Assembly (NCBI GenBank): GCA_040954595.2
Contig: CM082591.2
Coordinates: 9,689,309 to 9,753,308 of the forward strand
Direction: 5' to 3'
DNA: 64,000 nt
From: Balanoglossus misakiensis
Lineage: Eukaryota > Animalia > Hemichordata
Shown one piece after another: positions 13,850-27,119 of the stretch (positions are counted from its first letter, which is position 1; each line of letters starts with the position of its first letter). Below the pieces are notes generated by a model. The model did no database searches and was not told where the DNA came from. It worked only from the letters and a program-made list of their open reading frames with translations. A program made the position numbers and the translations under genes.

Positions 13850-14245
13850 GCGGATTGACGTTCCATTTCCAATTGGCGATAATTATATTTATTTGTATTT
13901 CATTGCATAAGCGCTTGCTAGTCGTTTTTTCGCAATTTTTTTGTAGTACAAAAACACTGAAGAAAACGAAATATTTTATTCATTCGCACTTCCAAAGAAC
14001 ACCGTGACAGAATTCCTCAATTTGCATTTCAGTTTGTGTGTCTGGTGTGTCTGCATTGACGTGAGGCGCATTCTCCACCCGCACACATACGTTGCATTGC
14101 ATTCTTTGACTAATTAGTGTGACGTCATGTTGAAGCAGGATTCTGATTGAGTAGTAAGTAATTTGCATAATTGACGCACAGCTGGTGCCTCGTTCTCCTA
14201 CCGCTGACCGTTGCATTTGAAAAATCATTGCAGCTTTGACGTTCA
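13850..14245 (+). promoter_or_regulatory. Putative promoter/enhancer: cluster of CRE (TGACG) and octamer motifs
   Basis: TGACGTCA at 14120-14127; TGACG at 13856, 14057, 14172 and 14237; ATTTGCAT at 14020 and 14161 plus further TTGCAT copies. Lies just upstream of the first splice donor. Confidence 0.4.
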
Positions 14246-14287
14246 TCAAGCATGGAGGCGACCGGGACCTCCATGCTTGATGATGTC
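14238..14287 (+). other. Perfect 16-bp stem-loop
   Basis: TCATCAAGCATGGAGG (14243-14258) is the exact reverse complement of CCTCCATGCTTGATGA (14268-14283); 9-nt loop; extendable by GACG/TGTC. Confidence 0.9.
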
Positions 14288-14541
14288 GTTTCTCTGGTAA
14301 GCATGGCATTTAATGTTATTTTACAAGTACATGTACACTCCTTCTAGCAAAAACTGGTCGTGGTAGGGAGAGAGGGTCCTCCCAACATCGAAATTCTGAC
14401 TTAGGGAAGCGTTACAGCACCAAACAGTAAACTCACAGTCGCATGGAATTTGTGCGTTATATTACACCGTGCGAGTAAATTGTACGTCGTTCGTTGGCTC
14501 GAGTCAGCTTTGTTATTGTGGAGCAGGTGGTACCGTAACAC

Positions 14542-14902
14542 CACAGGGGGCTCTCCCTAGGCGATGTTATTGTTTGTTTGTTGTTGTTGTTGATTGGCAT
14601 AATAAACAAATACATATTTCTTTATTAATAAATATGGTTTGTTGACATGTAAGGGTTAGGTTATTAGGGTATATTTGACAGGTTATGGTATATTCAATGG
14701 TTAGGATTAGTGTTGGCATTTTTTCGATCCATGGCCAGCATCACCCCCCCCACCCCCCAACCCCCCCTGTGGCTTAGTGATGCCCGGGGCCGTGGATCAA
14801 CAAACCATATTTATTAATAAAGAAATATGTATTTGTTTATTATGCCAATCAACAACAACAAACAAACAAACAATAAAATCGCGGAGGGAGGAGCCCCCTG
14901 TG
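14542..14902. mobile_element. 361-bp MITE with ~105-bp TIRs and a 7-bp TSD (P-superfamily-like)
   Basis: CACAGGGGGCTC...TTGATTGGCATAATAAACAAATACATATTTCTTTATTAATAAATATGGTTTGTTGA is mirrored at 14797-14902. GTAACAC flanks both sides (14535-14541, 14903-14909). Confidence 0.85.
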
Positions 14903-15105
14903 GTAACACACTACAGTATAACTTTTAAGGCAAAGCGATAGCGAATAAACTGACCAGGGTTGGTTTTGTTGTTGGGGAGATTTTTGGCACCATTGAGACT
15001 GTTATAAGCTACCAGTGTGAGCTATGGTATAGCCGTTAACACGCAGCCCTGCCACGCAGAGCTTCTATGACTGGTTACTAACTTCTATGTCTATTTGATT
15101 CACAG

Positions 15106-15180
15106 ATGCTGCCTGAAACTGTCTGCGTTTCAACTCGGGATTCTCTTCCTTGTCCGGGGCGAGTTTAAGACCGCTCAATG
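15106..15180 (+). other. Putative exon A (75 nt)
   Basis: TACTAAC branch point ... TATTTGATTCACAG| exon |GTAAGC. Confidence 0.6.
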
Positions 15181-15422
15181 GTAAGCATGACTTGCTTTAT
15201 ATTTGCTTTTATCGGGTGTTGCAACCGAAACAATAGGAAGAAATGTATGTCTACGAACTAATTTACATATTCCAGCTTTCAATACAATGTACTTGTTTTT
15301 TCCCCTTCGAATTCTGGCCTTGATTGCTTGTGATATGATCGTGATGTCATGAATTAGATGGACAACTCACAAGTTCAAATCTTCACGTGGAGCATAAAAT
15401 AAATTTGGATGCATTTCCTTAA

Positions 15423-15769
15423 AGGGACAAAGTCTCTCTCTCGCTGCCCTTTTTTCCATAATTATATTTGATACAAGACACCGTTTGTTATTCTACATGT
15501 AGATATATAGTGAATGAACGTTCAGCCACACACAACTTCCGTCCCACTTGTAGACACGAGAGTAAAAATACTCGCCAAAATGAATAATCGTTCTTTACCA
15601 TTTATTCATTTTGGGCGAGTTTTTACTCTCATATCATACAAGCGGGATGGAAGTTTTGTGTGGTTGATCATTGATTCACTATATATCCAAATGTACATTA
15701 ACATAAACAGTGTCTTGTATCAAACATAATTAATGGAAAAAAGGACAGCGAGAGAGAGACTTTGTCCCT
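15423..15769. mobile_element. 347-bp Kolobok-type MITE with TTAA TSD
   Basis: TTAA|AGGGACAAAGTCTCTCTCTCGCTG ... CAGCGAGAGAGAGACTTTGTCCCT|TTAA. The empty site TTCCTTAACCATATAG is seen in the duplicate at 21841. Confidence 0.9.
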
Positions 15770-16107
15770 TTAACCATATAGCTAAAATTACTCCCATACC
15801 AATACACAGGGAGATACTTTAACTTTGGCTGAACGTGTGCTAGTCCAACACTATGCTTAATCAAACTGGCTAAGAGATCTGTTATTATATTAGACGCATG
15901 AAGGAAAGTAATGTTGTTTAGAGTGAAATAAAACAATACTTTAGGCCAGAAAGAAAAATGTAAATAATGACACAAGCAGACTGGAATTTTTTTATGATTC
16001 TATATTATACCATGTTTTGCATATTTTCACTAATTTGTATGGCCCACATAATTCTAAAGCAAGGTTGATTGGTTACTAATTAATATTTGCATATATTTGA
16101 TTCACAG

Positions 16108-16180
16108 TCTTAAACACAGCATTTCAACGTATGCCGGAGGAGGAAGAGAATACCTAGGCCTGATCCAAGACCGCTTTCCG
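16108..16180 (+). other. Putative exon B (73 nt), paralogous to exon A
   Basis: TACTAAT ... TATTTGATTCACAG| exon |GTAAGC; shares TTTCAAC and AAGACCGCT with exon A. Confidence 0.6.
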
Positions 16181-16442
16181 GTAAGCCCTACTTGCTGTAT
16201 ACATGCTCCATAGCTTGTTTGTAAATGCTACCTTTTCCCATCAAATAGTGAAGTCACCCTTTTAAAATTATGGTGGTGGCAAGCCACAACTGGTTATCAT
16301 GAAGAGTTGGACACCACTAATAATCATTTCAATATTTTCCAATTGGTAACCTTTATGTACCACTATCCTCAACAATTTCAGTCAACAAGATTCATATTGC
16401 GCTGTATAGCAAGGCCAAACAAATATGACTGATTGATAGGGA

Positions 16443-16485
16443 TTTTTAGCTCACGTGATTTTCACGTGAGCTTATAGTTTAGCGA

Positions 16486-16539
<54 letters not shown>

Positions 16540-18738
16540 TGTCTGTCTGTATACCCGATATCTCAAGAACCGCTGAACCGATTTCAACCAAATTTAGTAC
16601 ACATGTTCAGATATCATATGGCAAGAACTGAAAAGGTTTTGGTGGGTGTGGCTTTGATATTAATGAAGTTATTAAAGTTTTAATTTTTCTATTACATGGT
16701 TTTCTATGAGAGCTTTCGTTAATGCCGCATATATGACCAGTGGAAACGATAGTTTGAGGAGATCGACTGTTTGAGGGCGCTGTGAAATGAGAAAGTCCAG
16801 TTTGGCTGTAGCTTGGGCTGTAGCTGTGTTATAGTATATAGCTCTGTGCTCAGACAGTGTACTCGTCGTTACAGTTACACAGTTTCAGGATCTAAATGGC
16901 AAGAACTGGAAAGGTTTTGGTAGGTGTGGCTTGGATAGTAATGAAATTATCAAATTTTTAATTTGTGAAATGAGACATTCCTGGCGATATTGCCGTGGTT
17001 CTGTCCATGCTGAGACGCTGTACCCGTCGTTACGAATAACTTCCCTACGTGAATCCACAAGGAAGCTAACGTTGTTTAGTTGCTTCATAGAGTGTAAATT
17101 GTTAATCTACAGTCAATCTCAAAATGTCACCAGGCTTTCTATTTGTCTATTGTTCAGAGAAAAATAACATGGCGGTTGATCACACTAAACAGTAAAATCC
17201 GTTTTGTGTGTTTATAGGCAGTCTGTTATCGCCAATACTATATAGCGATTGCTAGATGGCCTACCCAATATGTGATCGAGCGAGAATGATAACATTGAAT
17301 GTCTGTTCAGATCTCATTCCGTACGTCATACGTCAACATTTCGATTTCGATTTAATCCATTCATAAAGAATTTAGAGAAAGTCGTCTTGAATTGTGACCC
17401 CGACTATCAATTTTACGATGATTTTTTGGCGACGGAATACACGAGACGCCATTGCATTATAACTAGGTCAGCTGGACTTCCAAGGTTACCATTTTGTGTG
17501 TATGGAATCTTATCACAGAGACCACGTACTTTGACAATATGCCATGCTATATCAATGACGCCCCAGAAAATCTGTCGAAAAATGAATTTGTCTTCTCATG
17601 GTGGTGCAATATATTTTAATGTCTATTTTGAGGTTGATTTTGGTTTTTGGCTAACATGTATATCAATGTCAGCTTATAGCAATATTAACTGGAACAAGGT
17701 TCAAATAGTCAAAATTGAAAAACTTAATAACAGCGGATCAGATTCAGTTAAAAATTGCCGTGCATTGGTGTGCAAGTACTTTGGGAAGACCTCGTATGAT
17801 TTTGTTCAGGTGGAGTCAGTATCTGGCGTTTGCTATTTTTTATGAATTTTGGGGGGATTTTTCTGCAGTTTTGTTAAAAAAATTTCTTCTCTGAAATTAC
17901 ATGTCCAATTGATTGGAAACTTGGTATGGAGGTTCATAGGGCTTACCTGAATCACATTTGTGCAAACGGTGGTGAAATTTGCAAAAATGCATTTTTGGGC
18001 AATATTTCCTGTTTTTGTCAAAAAATCAAATCCTGTGAAACTGTAAGTGCAATTGTTTTGATACTTTGTATTTGGGTTCCTAGGGGTGATCTCAGTCAGA
18101 TATGATCAAATTGTAATGAAATTTGCATAATTGTATTTTTTGGGAATTTCTGCAGGGTTTGGCCAAATAGTCTTCAGTAAAACCACAAGTCCAATTGATT
18201 GGAAACTTTGAATGGGAATTCATATATGTGATATCAGTCAGATTTGTCTGAATTTCCTGTTGTTTGCCAAAATGTCTTCCTTATTGAAACTTGTTAAAGA
18301 GGTTCTTAGGCATGAACAGAAATCAAGACCTGATGTAAACTCAGAATTGAAAAGAAATGTTTTCATTCAAATATTGTCGAAATATCAATATGTGTGATAG
18401 TGTACTTTTCTATCCTGGTTATGGTTTAAATATGGAGTTGTCACAATAATGAAATAATAAGAGGCACTGATCAGTATTCAACAATTAGGTTACAAGGGGG
18501 AGTGCAGGGGTTTCAAGCTAAACTTATTTTTTGTTATTTGACATCGTCCCTAACCCCTTACAAAAATTGACAAGGCAACAATTCCACAAACATGTTTACA
18601 TTTCACAATGGTGCAACACACAACCCTTACACCATATACAATATAAACCAAAATGGTTTAGCACTGGTTTTTCTAATCTTGTTATTCTGTCAACCAATCA
18701 CAGTACTGCACGTGAGCATATTCAGTTAATATCTGGTT
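16443..18738 (+). mobile_element. Non-autonomous Helentron-like (HINE/DINE-1-type) element
   Basis: TTTTTA-GCTCACGTG..CACGTGAGC 5' inverted repeat, (TG)n/(TCTG)n tract at 16490-16550, degenerate internal core repeats, and a 3' CACGTGAGC (18709-18717) followed by a short hairpin and TT. Confidence 0.7.
16490..16550 (+). repeat. (TG)n/(TCTG)n microsatellite
   Basis: Directly visible; part of the HINE-like element. Confidence 0.95.
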
Positions 18739-19942
18739 CTGAAAATGTGACAAAATCAACAAATCAACAATAATCAGTCACCAATCATGCATTATGTGTT
18801 ATTCGAGGGAACCTGAGCGGGTCCCATAAACCTGCCAACCCATGCTAGCCATGACTTTACAAATGTTTTCGTCATACTATGCAGAAAATTCTGGCTGCCT
18901 TAAATAGGTTTTCACTTTGCGCTAGGTGTCAAATCTCATTGCATTCTGGGCGGAAAGTCCATAACCAACTCTAGTAAGAGATAGAAGAAATGATATGTTT
19001 ACTGTATGTCATGACTTCCTTTGGTCAAACATTTCTGTCTCGGTAGTTAGCATATTAAACTTTTTTCACTTTTGCTATTTTTTCTATTAAAAAGTTCAAG
19101 AATGACCCATCATCATTTTAGCTTATGAACTCTCATTTCTTTAACATGGCAAAAATCGGCCATCTTGAAATTGTCGACCGTATGAGATTTTCATCACTCA
19201 TTTGGGGTATCTTAAAACGTGTTTAAAGTAGGGAGAATTGTATAGGCATGACTTGGGCTGTAAATTTGATGAAATAGCTACATGCCTATTGTTCACAAGC
19301 AGCTGACTGTACTGTAAGACTGGAAGTGTTGTTTTCATATTTTACATATTCAATATTTGTAATTAGACCATGTCATGTATATCTTGGGGATTGCTCGATC
19401 GCAATGTCTCTGCTGGTACAATGTCCTTTTAACATGTTCAGTAATATGGTAGTAATTGTAAGTTTGTGTGCGGCATTTGTAAATTATTTACAATTTATAA
19501 ATTATTTTGTAAGTTTCTTCATTCTCAAATTGCTTGCCTAACGTACTGCATTAACATTTACATTTCGGTATGATTTTGAGTAGACTTTTTGTTTCAAAAT
19601 TATTTTCGAAACTTTTGGGTGATATGATTTTACATGGAAAATCTGATTTCCCTGTAATTCGGTTGACAGGATTTTCACCATATCTCTAAATCATGAAGTA
19701 CATGTATCAGAATTGCATCAGGCCCCCAAAATTCTAGTCGCCTTTGGCAAGTAATATTAGCCATTGATCTGGGAAAGTTACAAAAATGTGTTGTCCAAGG
19801 ACGTTGAAGGTACATGTGGTTTTTACACTTGCTGCATGTTTATAATTTGCAATAGAAATAGACACTCAGTGCCAGCCCACTATCCCGTCTCCTTATTGCT
19901 GACTTGTATGTATGTATGTATGTACGCATTTTATCAGAATTA

Positions 19943-21470
19943 TTAGGTCCCATTTGGTATATGTATTTATACCATGGTACCATACGGGATCAGTTGCACC
20001 TGTATGTATGGATGTTTGTATGTCCATCAACATCAAACATTTGGAAACTACTGGCATTTCACATTGATATTTAATGTGCAGACAGGGCAGTAGATGGGAG
20101 TTTGTCTAAGTGAAGTTGTCATTGCCAAAATATGCAAATTAGCTGGGAAAGTGTCAAATTCGTCAAAACTTGGGAACTCAACAACTACTGGGCAAATTGC
20201 TTTCAAAATTGATAATTGGTATGCATGTACCTTATGGTATCCTCTCACAATTCTACATGTTGTGAGCTAATAATGTGAATTTTCTATTTTTAAGCATTTT
20301 TTTTGTCTCTTTCCACATTGTCGGTAAAAACCTACTTTTCTGGAATTGATCAGCTGACTTGTTTGAAATTTATTATGAAGCTTCATAGGTGATATGAGTT
20401 ACCAACCATAGTTTTGTTTAAATTGTTGCAAAAAATTGCGTATTTATAATTTTGGAGCAATTTTTAGGTCCCATTTGGTTTATGTACATATATACGATTG
20501 GGACCTTATGGAATCAGTTGCATTTGTATGTATGAGTGAATGGATGAAAACCGCTGGGCATATCACTTCCATATTTAGTGTGTAGATGCAGGCGGGGCTG
20601 TAGATGGGATTTTGTTCAAATGAAATTGTCATTGCCAAAATATTACCTATGTAAATGTGAAATTGGTCAAAAGTCAGAAACTTGACAACCACTGGTCAGA
20701 TTGGTATGTCAATGAACCCCATACAGTCCTGTATGTTGTGAGCTAATATTATGAATTTTCTAATGTTTATTAATTTTTTTGTCTTTTTCCACGTTATTGG
20801 TAAAAAAAAACTTCACTTCTGAAAGCGACAGTCCGACTCCTTCGAAATTTAGTATGAAGCTTCCTATAGGTGGTCCGAGTTACTATATTTTTGGTTCAGA
20901 TTGTTGTAAAATAGGCATATTTATAATTTTGAGCAATTTTGCCAATTATGGTCAGAATGCTTTGCAATTTGGTAGGCAGATTCCCAGGGGTAACCCAAGT
21001 AAGATGTCATAAAAATGGTTAAAACTGCGTGCTTGTGTTATTGGGGATATTTTTGGCAATCTTTGTCAAAAACTGTTTTCTCTTAAACCGTTCAAACCGT
21101 TGTCAGATTGCTTTGAATTTTGGCAGGAATGTTCCTTGTAGTGGTTGAAGTAAGATGGTGTACAATTATAGAGATTTTTGCATATTTGTGTTTTTGCCAC
21201 TTTTGAACAAATGTGTTTTTCTTTGAAACTGCTTTTTTGATGGCTTTGAAATATGGTAGGAATATTCCTAGGGGTAACCCAATTTTTTCTGATTGCTTTG
21301 GAAGTTAGTTAACAATTTCATAACACATGTACATGTATGTGCAACTTTGATTAAATTCTGGTTGTCAATATTTAGGTAGTTTGTTGTAAATTTCTTTGTT
21401 TTTGGATAGCAAATCTTTTTAACCAATTGCTCAGTTTCTGTGAAAGTTACTGTTAACAAGGAGAGTTAGT
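19943..21470 (+). mobile_element. Stacked copies of a second HINE-like family (TTAGGTCCCAT..ATGGGACCT head)
   Basis: Heads at ~19943 and ~20464, each followed by TGTA/TGGA microsatellite and degenerate core repeats. Ends approximate. Confidence 0.6.
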
Positions 21471-21548
21471 ACACCCAACTTAGACTTTTACACCCAACTT
21501 AGAGCTACTATGACTGGTTACTAACTTCTATATCTATTTGATTCACAG

Positions 21549-21623
21549 ATGCTGCCTGAAATTGTCTGCATTTCAACTCGGGATTCTCTTCCTCGTCTGG
21601 GGCGAGTTTAAGACCGCTCAATG
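21549..21623 (+). other. Putative exon A' (75 nt; duplicate of A)
   Basis: Near-identical to 15106-15180 with intact splice signals. Confidence 0.6.
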
Positions 21624-22800
21624 GTAAGCATGACTTGCTGTATATTTGCTTTTATCGGGCGTGGCACAACCGAAACAATAGGAAGCAATGTATGTCTACG
21701 AACTAATTTACACCTTCCAGTTATCAATACGTTTTTCCTTCGAATTCTAGCCTCGATTGCCTGTGATATGATCATGATGACATGAATTAAATGGTCAAGT
21801 TCAAATCTTCATGTGAAGCATAAATTAAATTTGGATGCATTTCCTTAACCATATAGCTAGAAATTACTCCCATACCAATACATGGGGAGATACCGTAATT
21901 TTGGCTGAAAGTGTGCTAGTCCAACACTATGCTTCATCAAACTGGCTAAGAGATCTATTATTATATATAGACACATGAAGGAAAGTAATGTTGTTTATAG
22001 TGAAATAAAACAATACCTTAGGCCACAAAGAAAAATATAGATCACGACACAAACAGGCTGGAGTTTTTTTCAAAAATGTGTGCATAAGATAATATTGGCC
22101 CATGGTAACCAAAGCCAAAGCAGCCCAGTTCCAAATTCGAAACTCGGCTCAGTACCAGAAACTTGCTCAAAGCTACCAAATGCACAGAAAGTTTTGAGAA
22201 TCTAGATGAAAAATCACCAAGCGACTAGTGCGCTTGTCTATGTTCAATGTGTCTTCCCTGGTAACAACATGTACTTCCGCCACCATGCCATGAGATATAC
22301 TGACAGCCACGTTTGAAACATTTTAGTATACTGATATTCAAAGTTTAAATGTAAAGACTTACTTTTCTATAGTAAAATAAATGTTTTATAATTGCCAACA
22401 ATTTACATTCTTGCGCTAATCAGTTGTATGAAAAGTGAGGTGGATCAAATGTAAGTTTCATTTTCACAACAAACATAAAGAAATCATTGTACAGTGTTAC
22501 GTAGATGTCAAAGTGTGTGTACACCTGGCGTTTAGAGATATGATGTCAGTTTCACTTGTCACCTAACTACCATGTTTGTGGTATACCCATGTGGACCACT
22601 TTACTGCAGTACTGATGTAAATGGAGTTTCAAGATCGCTGTTACAGATTTCTCTGATTCGTATTCCACGTACATTGTCGCAGCACAGTCTGACCCTATAT
22701 TATACCATGTTTTGCATATTTTCACTAATTAGCATGGCCCACATAATTCTAAAGCAAGGTTGATTGGTTACTAATTGATATGCATATATTTGATTCACAG

Positions 22801-22873
22801 TCTTAAACACAGCATTTCAACGTATGCCGGAGGAGGAAGAGAATACCTAGGCCTGATACAAGACCGCTTTCCG
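22801..22873 (+). other. Putative exon B' (73 nt; duplicate of B)
   Basis: Near-identical to 16108-16180 with intact splice signals. Confidence 0.6.
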
Positions 22874-23311
22874 GTAAGCCCTACTTGCTGTATACATGCT
22901 CCATAGCTTGTTTGTAAAGGCTACCTTTTCCCATCAAATAGTGAAGTCGCCCTTTCAAAATTATGGTGGTGGCAAGCCACAACTGGTTATCATGGAGAGT
23001 CCCATATAAACTTACCAGCCCAAGCTAGCCATGACTTTACAAATGTTTCCGTCATACTATGCAGAAAATTCTGGCTGCCTTAAATAGGTTTTCACTTTGC
23101 GCTAGGGGGTCAAATCACATTGCATTCTGGGCGAAAAGTCCACAACCCACTGTAGTAAGAGATGGAAGAAATGATACATTTTGTGTATTTCATGCTTTGG
23201 TCAAACATGTCTGTCTCTGTAGTTAGCATATTAAACTCATTAAACTTTTTTCACATTTTGTTATTTTGTCTGTTAAAAAGTTCAAGAATGACCCATTATC
23301 ACTTTAGCTTA

Positions 23312-24094
23312 GGCTTCATTCACAAACACCTCTGGAGGGGGGGAGGGGAGAACTCAATTTTTTTACTGCTAATTTTCACATGCCCCCCCCCCCCCCGTAC
23401 ACAACCCGAAATATTTTCAAATCCCCCACCCCCTTCTGAACTGCCAAAATTTTGAAACCCCCCCCCCTCCATTTTCTTTCACAGAGCAAAACACATCACC
23501 TATCTATCTTGTAAAAAAGAAAAACAGCGCTCCCATGAAAAGACTTTGAAACTGATGTTTCCCCTCATCAGTGGGTATTAAAACTGAACATGGTTTTTAT
23601 TGTTTAAGTATTTGTATTCTGTGTTGGGAGACATTGTAAACCGAGAATTGAAGGGGGTGGGTGTGGGAAGGGGTGTCCCCCTCCCACGTAAGAAAATTTT
23701 ATAAAGTACAGAGCTCAAAGCTGCATTTTTATGAACCCGGCAAAAGCAAATTAACTCAACTACCGGTATGTTGGGGAGGATAAATTTAACCGTTGCCGCT
23801 CAAAGTTATCATGGGGTGGGGGCAAGTCCCCTGACCTGGGACACTAGATAAACCAGTCAATGATTGAAAGGTGTTGATGAATGGAGGGGGTGGGTGTGGG
23901 AAGGGGTGTAAAATAAAGGGCGCGAAACTGCATTTTTGTGGACTCAAAATAAATATTTAGTCGTCAAAGTTTTCAAGTCCCCCCCTTTCAGTCCCTAAAT
24001 TATTTCACATCCCCCCTACATACCCTCAATTTTTTCGAATCCCTCCCTCAATTCTCCTGCCCCCCCCCCTCCAGAGGTGTTTGTGAATGCAGCC
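23312..24094. mobile_element. 783-bp PIF/Harbinger-type non-autonomous transposon
   Basis: TTA|GGCTTCATTCACAAACACCTCTGGAGGGG ... CCCCTCCAGAGGTGTTTGTGAATGCAGCC|TTA. The empty site TTAGCTTATGAAC is seen at ~19118 in copy 1. Confidence 0.9.
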
Positions 24095-27000
24095 TTATGA
24101 ACTCCCATTTCTTTAACATGGCAAACATCGGCCATCAATTGTCGACCATATGAGATTTGCATCACTCACTAAGGGTAGCTTAAGGGAGAATTGTATAGGC
24201 ATGACTTGGGCTGTAAATTTGATGAAATAGCTACATGCCTATTGTTAACAAGCAGCTGACTGTACTGAAAGACTGGAAGTGTTGTGTACTTATTTTACAT
24301 ATTCAATATTTGTAATTAGACCATGTCATGTATATCTTGGGGATTGCTCGATCGCAATGTCTCTGCTGGTACAATGTCCTTTTAACTTGTACAGTAATAT
24401 GGTAGTGATTGTAAGTTTGTGTGCGGCATTTGTAAATTATTTTCAATTTATAAATTTTTTGTAAGTTTCTTCATTCTCAAATTGCTTGCCTAACGTACTG
24501 CTTTAAAATTTAAATTTTTGTATGATTTTGAGTAGACTTTTTGTTTCAAAATTATTTTCGACACTTGACATTTTTGGGTGATATGATTTTACATGGAAAA
24601 TCTGATTTCCCTGTAATTCGGTTGACAGGATTTTCACCATATCTCTAAATCATGAAGTACGGTACATGTATCAGAATTGCATCAGGCCCCCAAAATTCTA
24701 GTCGCCCTTGGCAAGTAATATTAGCCATTGTTGTCCAAGGACGTTGAAGGTACAAGTGGTTTTTACACTTACTATGTAGGCATTTTATCAGAATTATTAG
24801 GTCCCATTTGGTGCAGGTATATGTATTTATACCATGGGACCTTATGGGATCAGTTGCACATGTATATATGGATGTCTGTATGGATGTTTGTCTGTATGTC
24901 TATCAATATCAAACACTTGGAAACCACTGGCATGTGACCTTGATATTTAGTGTGGAGATGCAGGCAGGGCAGTAGGTGGGAGTTGTCAAAATGAAGTTGT
25001 CATTGCCAAAATATGCAAATTAGCTGGGAAAGTGTCAAATTCGTCAAAACTCGGGAACTCGACAACTACTGAGCAAATTGCTTTCAAAATTGAAAATTGG
25101 TATTCCTGTAAGTTATGTTAACCTCACACAGTTCTATATGTTGTGAGCCAATAATGTGAATTTTCTATTTTTTATGTATTTTTTGTCTCTTTCCACATTA
25201 TTGGTAGAAAATCTTCTTTTCTGGAATTGATCAGCTGACTTATTTGAAATTTAGTATGAAGCTTCATAGGTGATCTGAGTTATCATAGTTTTGTAAGGTC
25301 CCATTTGCTTTACCATGGGACCTTATGATATCGGTGGATGTATGTATGTATGTCCGTCCACATCACAAACTTGAAAACCGCTGAGCATATGACCTCGATA
25401 TTTGGTGTGTAGATGCAGGCCAGGCTGAAGATTGGAGTTTGTTCAAATGAAGCTGTCATTGCCAAAAATATGCAAATTAGCTAGGAAAATGTGAAATTGG
25501 TCAAAACTCAAACTCAACAACCACTGGTCACATTGATTTGAAAATCAGTATGCATGTACCTTATGTCTACCTCAAACAGTCCTGTATGTTTTGAGCTAAT
25601 ATTATCGATTTTTAATTTTTTATGCCAAAAATCTTTTATGCATTTTTTGTATTTTTCCACATTATTGGTAAAGAAATCATCATTTCTAAAAGTTATAGGC
25701 CTCATTCTTTAAATTTTAGTATGAAGCTTCTAATGGTTGTCTGAGTAACCAAAGTTTTGTTCAAATTGTTGAAAAATTTGCATATTTTAATTTTGAGCAA
25801 TTTTGCCATTTTTGGTCATTTTTTTTTCTTTAAAACTGCATGCCAGATTGATTTGGTAGGCATATTCCTAAGGGTAAACTGAGTAAGATGTTGTAAAAAT
25901 GTGATATTATATATTGTGTTATTGGAGAGGGGGGGGGGGGGGAGGGTTACTCAAACATTTATAACACCCAGCAACTTTTGGTACTGGCAGTGTTTGTCCT
26001 CCAATGATTTCAACATCCTGCTAGGAATACAACCTCTCCTCAACTTCATAAATATAGGGCATGACATTGCAGGTTTTTTTAGAACACTGTTTAAAATAAC
26101 CCTCATCAAGCCTGTTAACTTATTTAGACAGACTATTATCCAGAATGAAACGAAACATGAATGCAATAAAAAGATCTTGTGCAATAAAAACCAAGTTGAT
26201 CATAACAATTATTTGCTACGTACAACATGTACATCACTAATAGAAGTTATGGCTATAAGCATAAACCTGTTTGTTTTGCTATCTTCACTATTCATGTTAT
26301 CTGACTATATTAATACATTTGCAAGCATACTGTTTCAGACATAGCGAATTTGATAAACATCTACAAATATATTTTTACCTGTTGAAGTTATCAAAATCCA
26401 GACACTTGACAAAAGTAGATTTTTCATCCCCTCTATAGATTGATAGTCTAACATAACAGGCAATCTGTTTCTAACAACTGCAGAAGCCTTCATAAAAAGT
26501 TGTTGGCCAGAATGAAAGCTTGGGGGGACGTAGGATTTCCTACTTTTTAGGTTATTTTTTCTATGGCCCCAAAAAGTTATGACACAAAATTGATGACCCC
26601 CCTTGGAATTTATAATCCCCCCCCCCCTTATCATACCCTGTCCATATTCTTATAAATGTCAATAAACGCCATACGGTCCTGTATGTTTTGTTTTGAGCTA
26701 ATATTATGAATTTTCTATTTTTATTGTTTTGTCTTTTACTGCATTATTGGTAAAAAAAATCTTCCTTTCTGAAAGCGATAGTTTTTGTTCAAATTGCAAA
26801 TTGTTGTGAAATTGGTATATTTATAATTTTGAGCAATTTGTATCCATATTCAAATAAATATGAAAAGAAATTTCTCACAGATATTATTTACTTTGATAAT
26901 ACTATCATTCGTGCAACAACTAATCAATCAAACAGTCAATAATCATAAATTGGGAGTTCAAAAATATCTATGAGGGAGATTTAAAACCCTGTTAGCAACA

Positions 27001-27119
27001 ACTATTTGCCATGTTTTCAGTATTAATGTTTTGTGTAGCTTCTGCAGTTTTTAGGTCCCATTTGGTATGTACCATGGGCCTTATGGAATCAGTTGCGTCT
27101 GTATTTATGTATGGATGTA

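Larger units (their letters stand above)
15058..20420 (+). repeat. Segmental duplication, copy 1
   Basis: Collinear with 21501-25295, starting at AGAGCT(T/A)CTATGACTGGTTACTAAC; differs by TE indels. Right end approximate. Confidence 0.85.
21501..25295 (+). repeat. Segmental duplication, copy 2
   Basis: Matches 15058-16310 and 18820-20420. Lacks the Kolobok MITE and 16310-18820; has extra inserts at ~22071-22694 and 23312-24094. Confidence 0.85.

Noticed and set aside
14542-14902. RAG-like/Transib element (CACAG start resembling an RSS heptamer)
   Set aside because: With CAC termini the duplication is 7 bp, not the 5 bp of Transib/ProtoRAG, and no nonamer-like motif is evident.
17387-17845. 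152-aa ORF
   Set aside because: Lies inside a non-autonomous repeat, has a TTG start and shows no recognisable motif.
25901-26344. 147-aa ORF
   Set aside because: GTG start, spans a poly-G repeat junction, and has composition typical of random AT-rich sequence.
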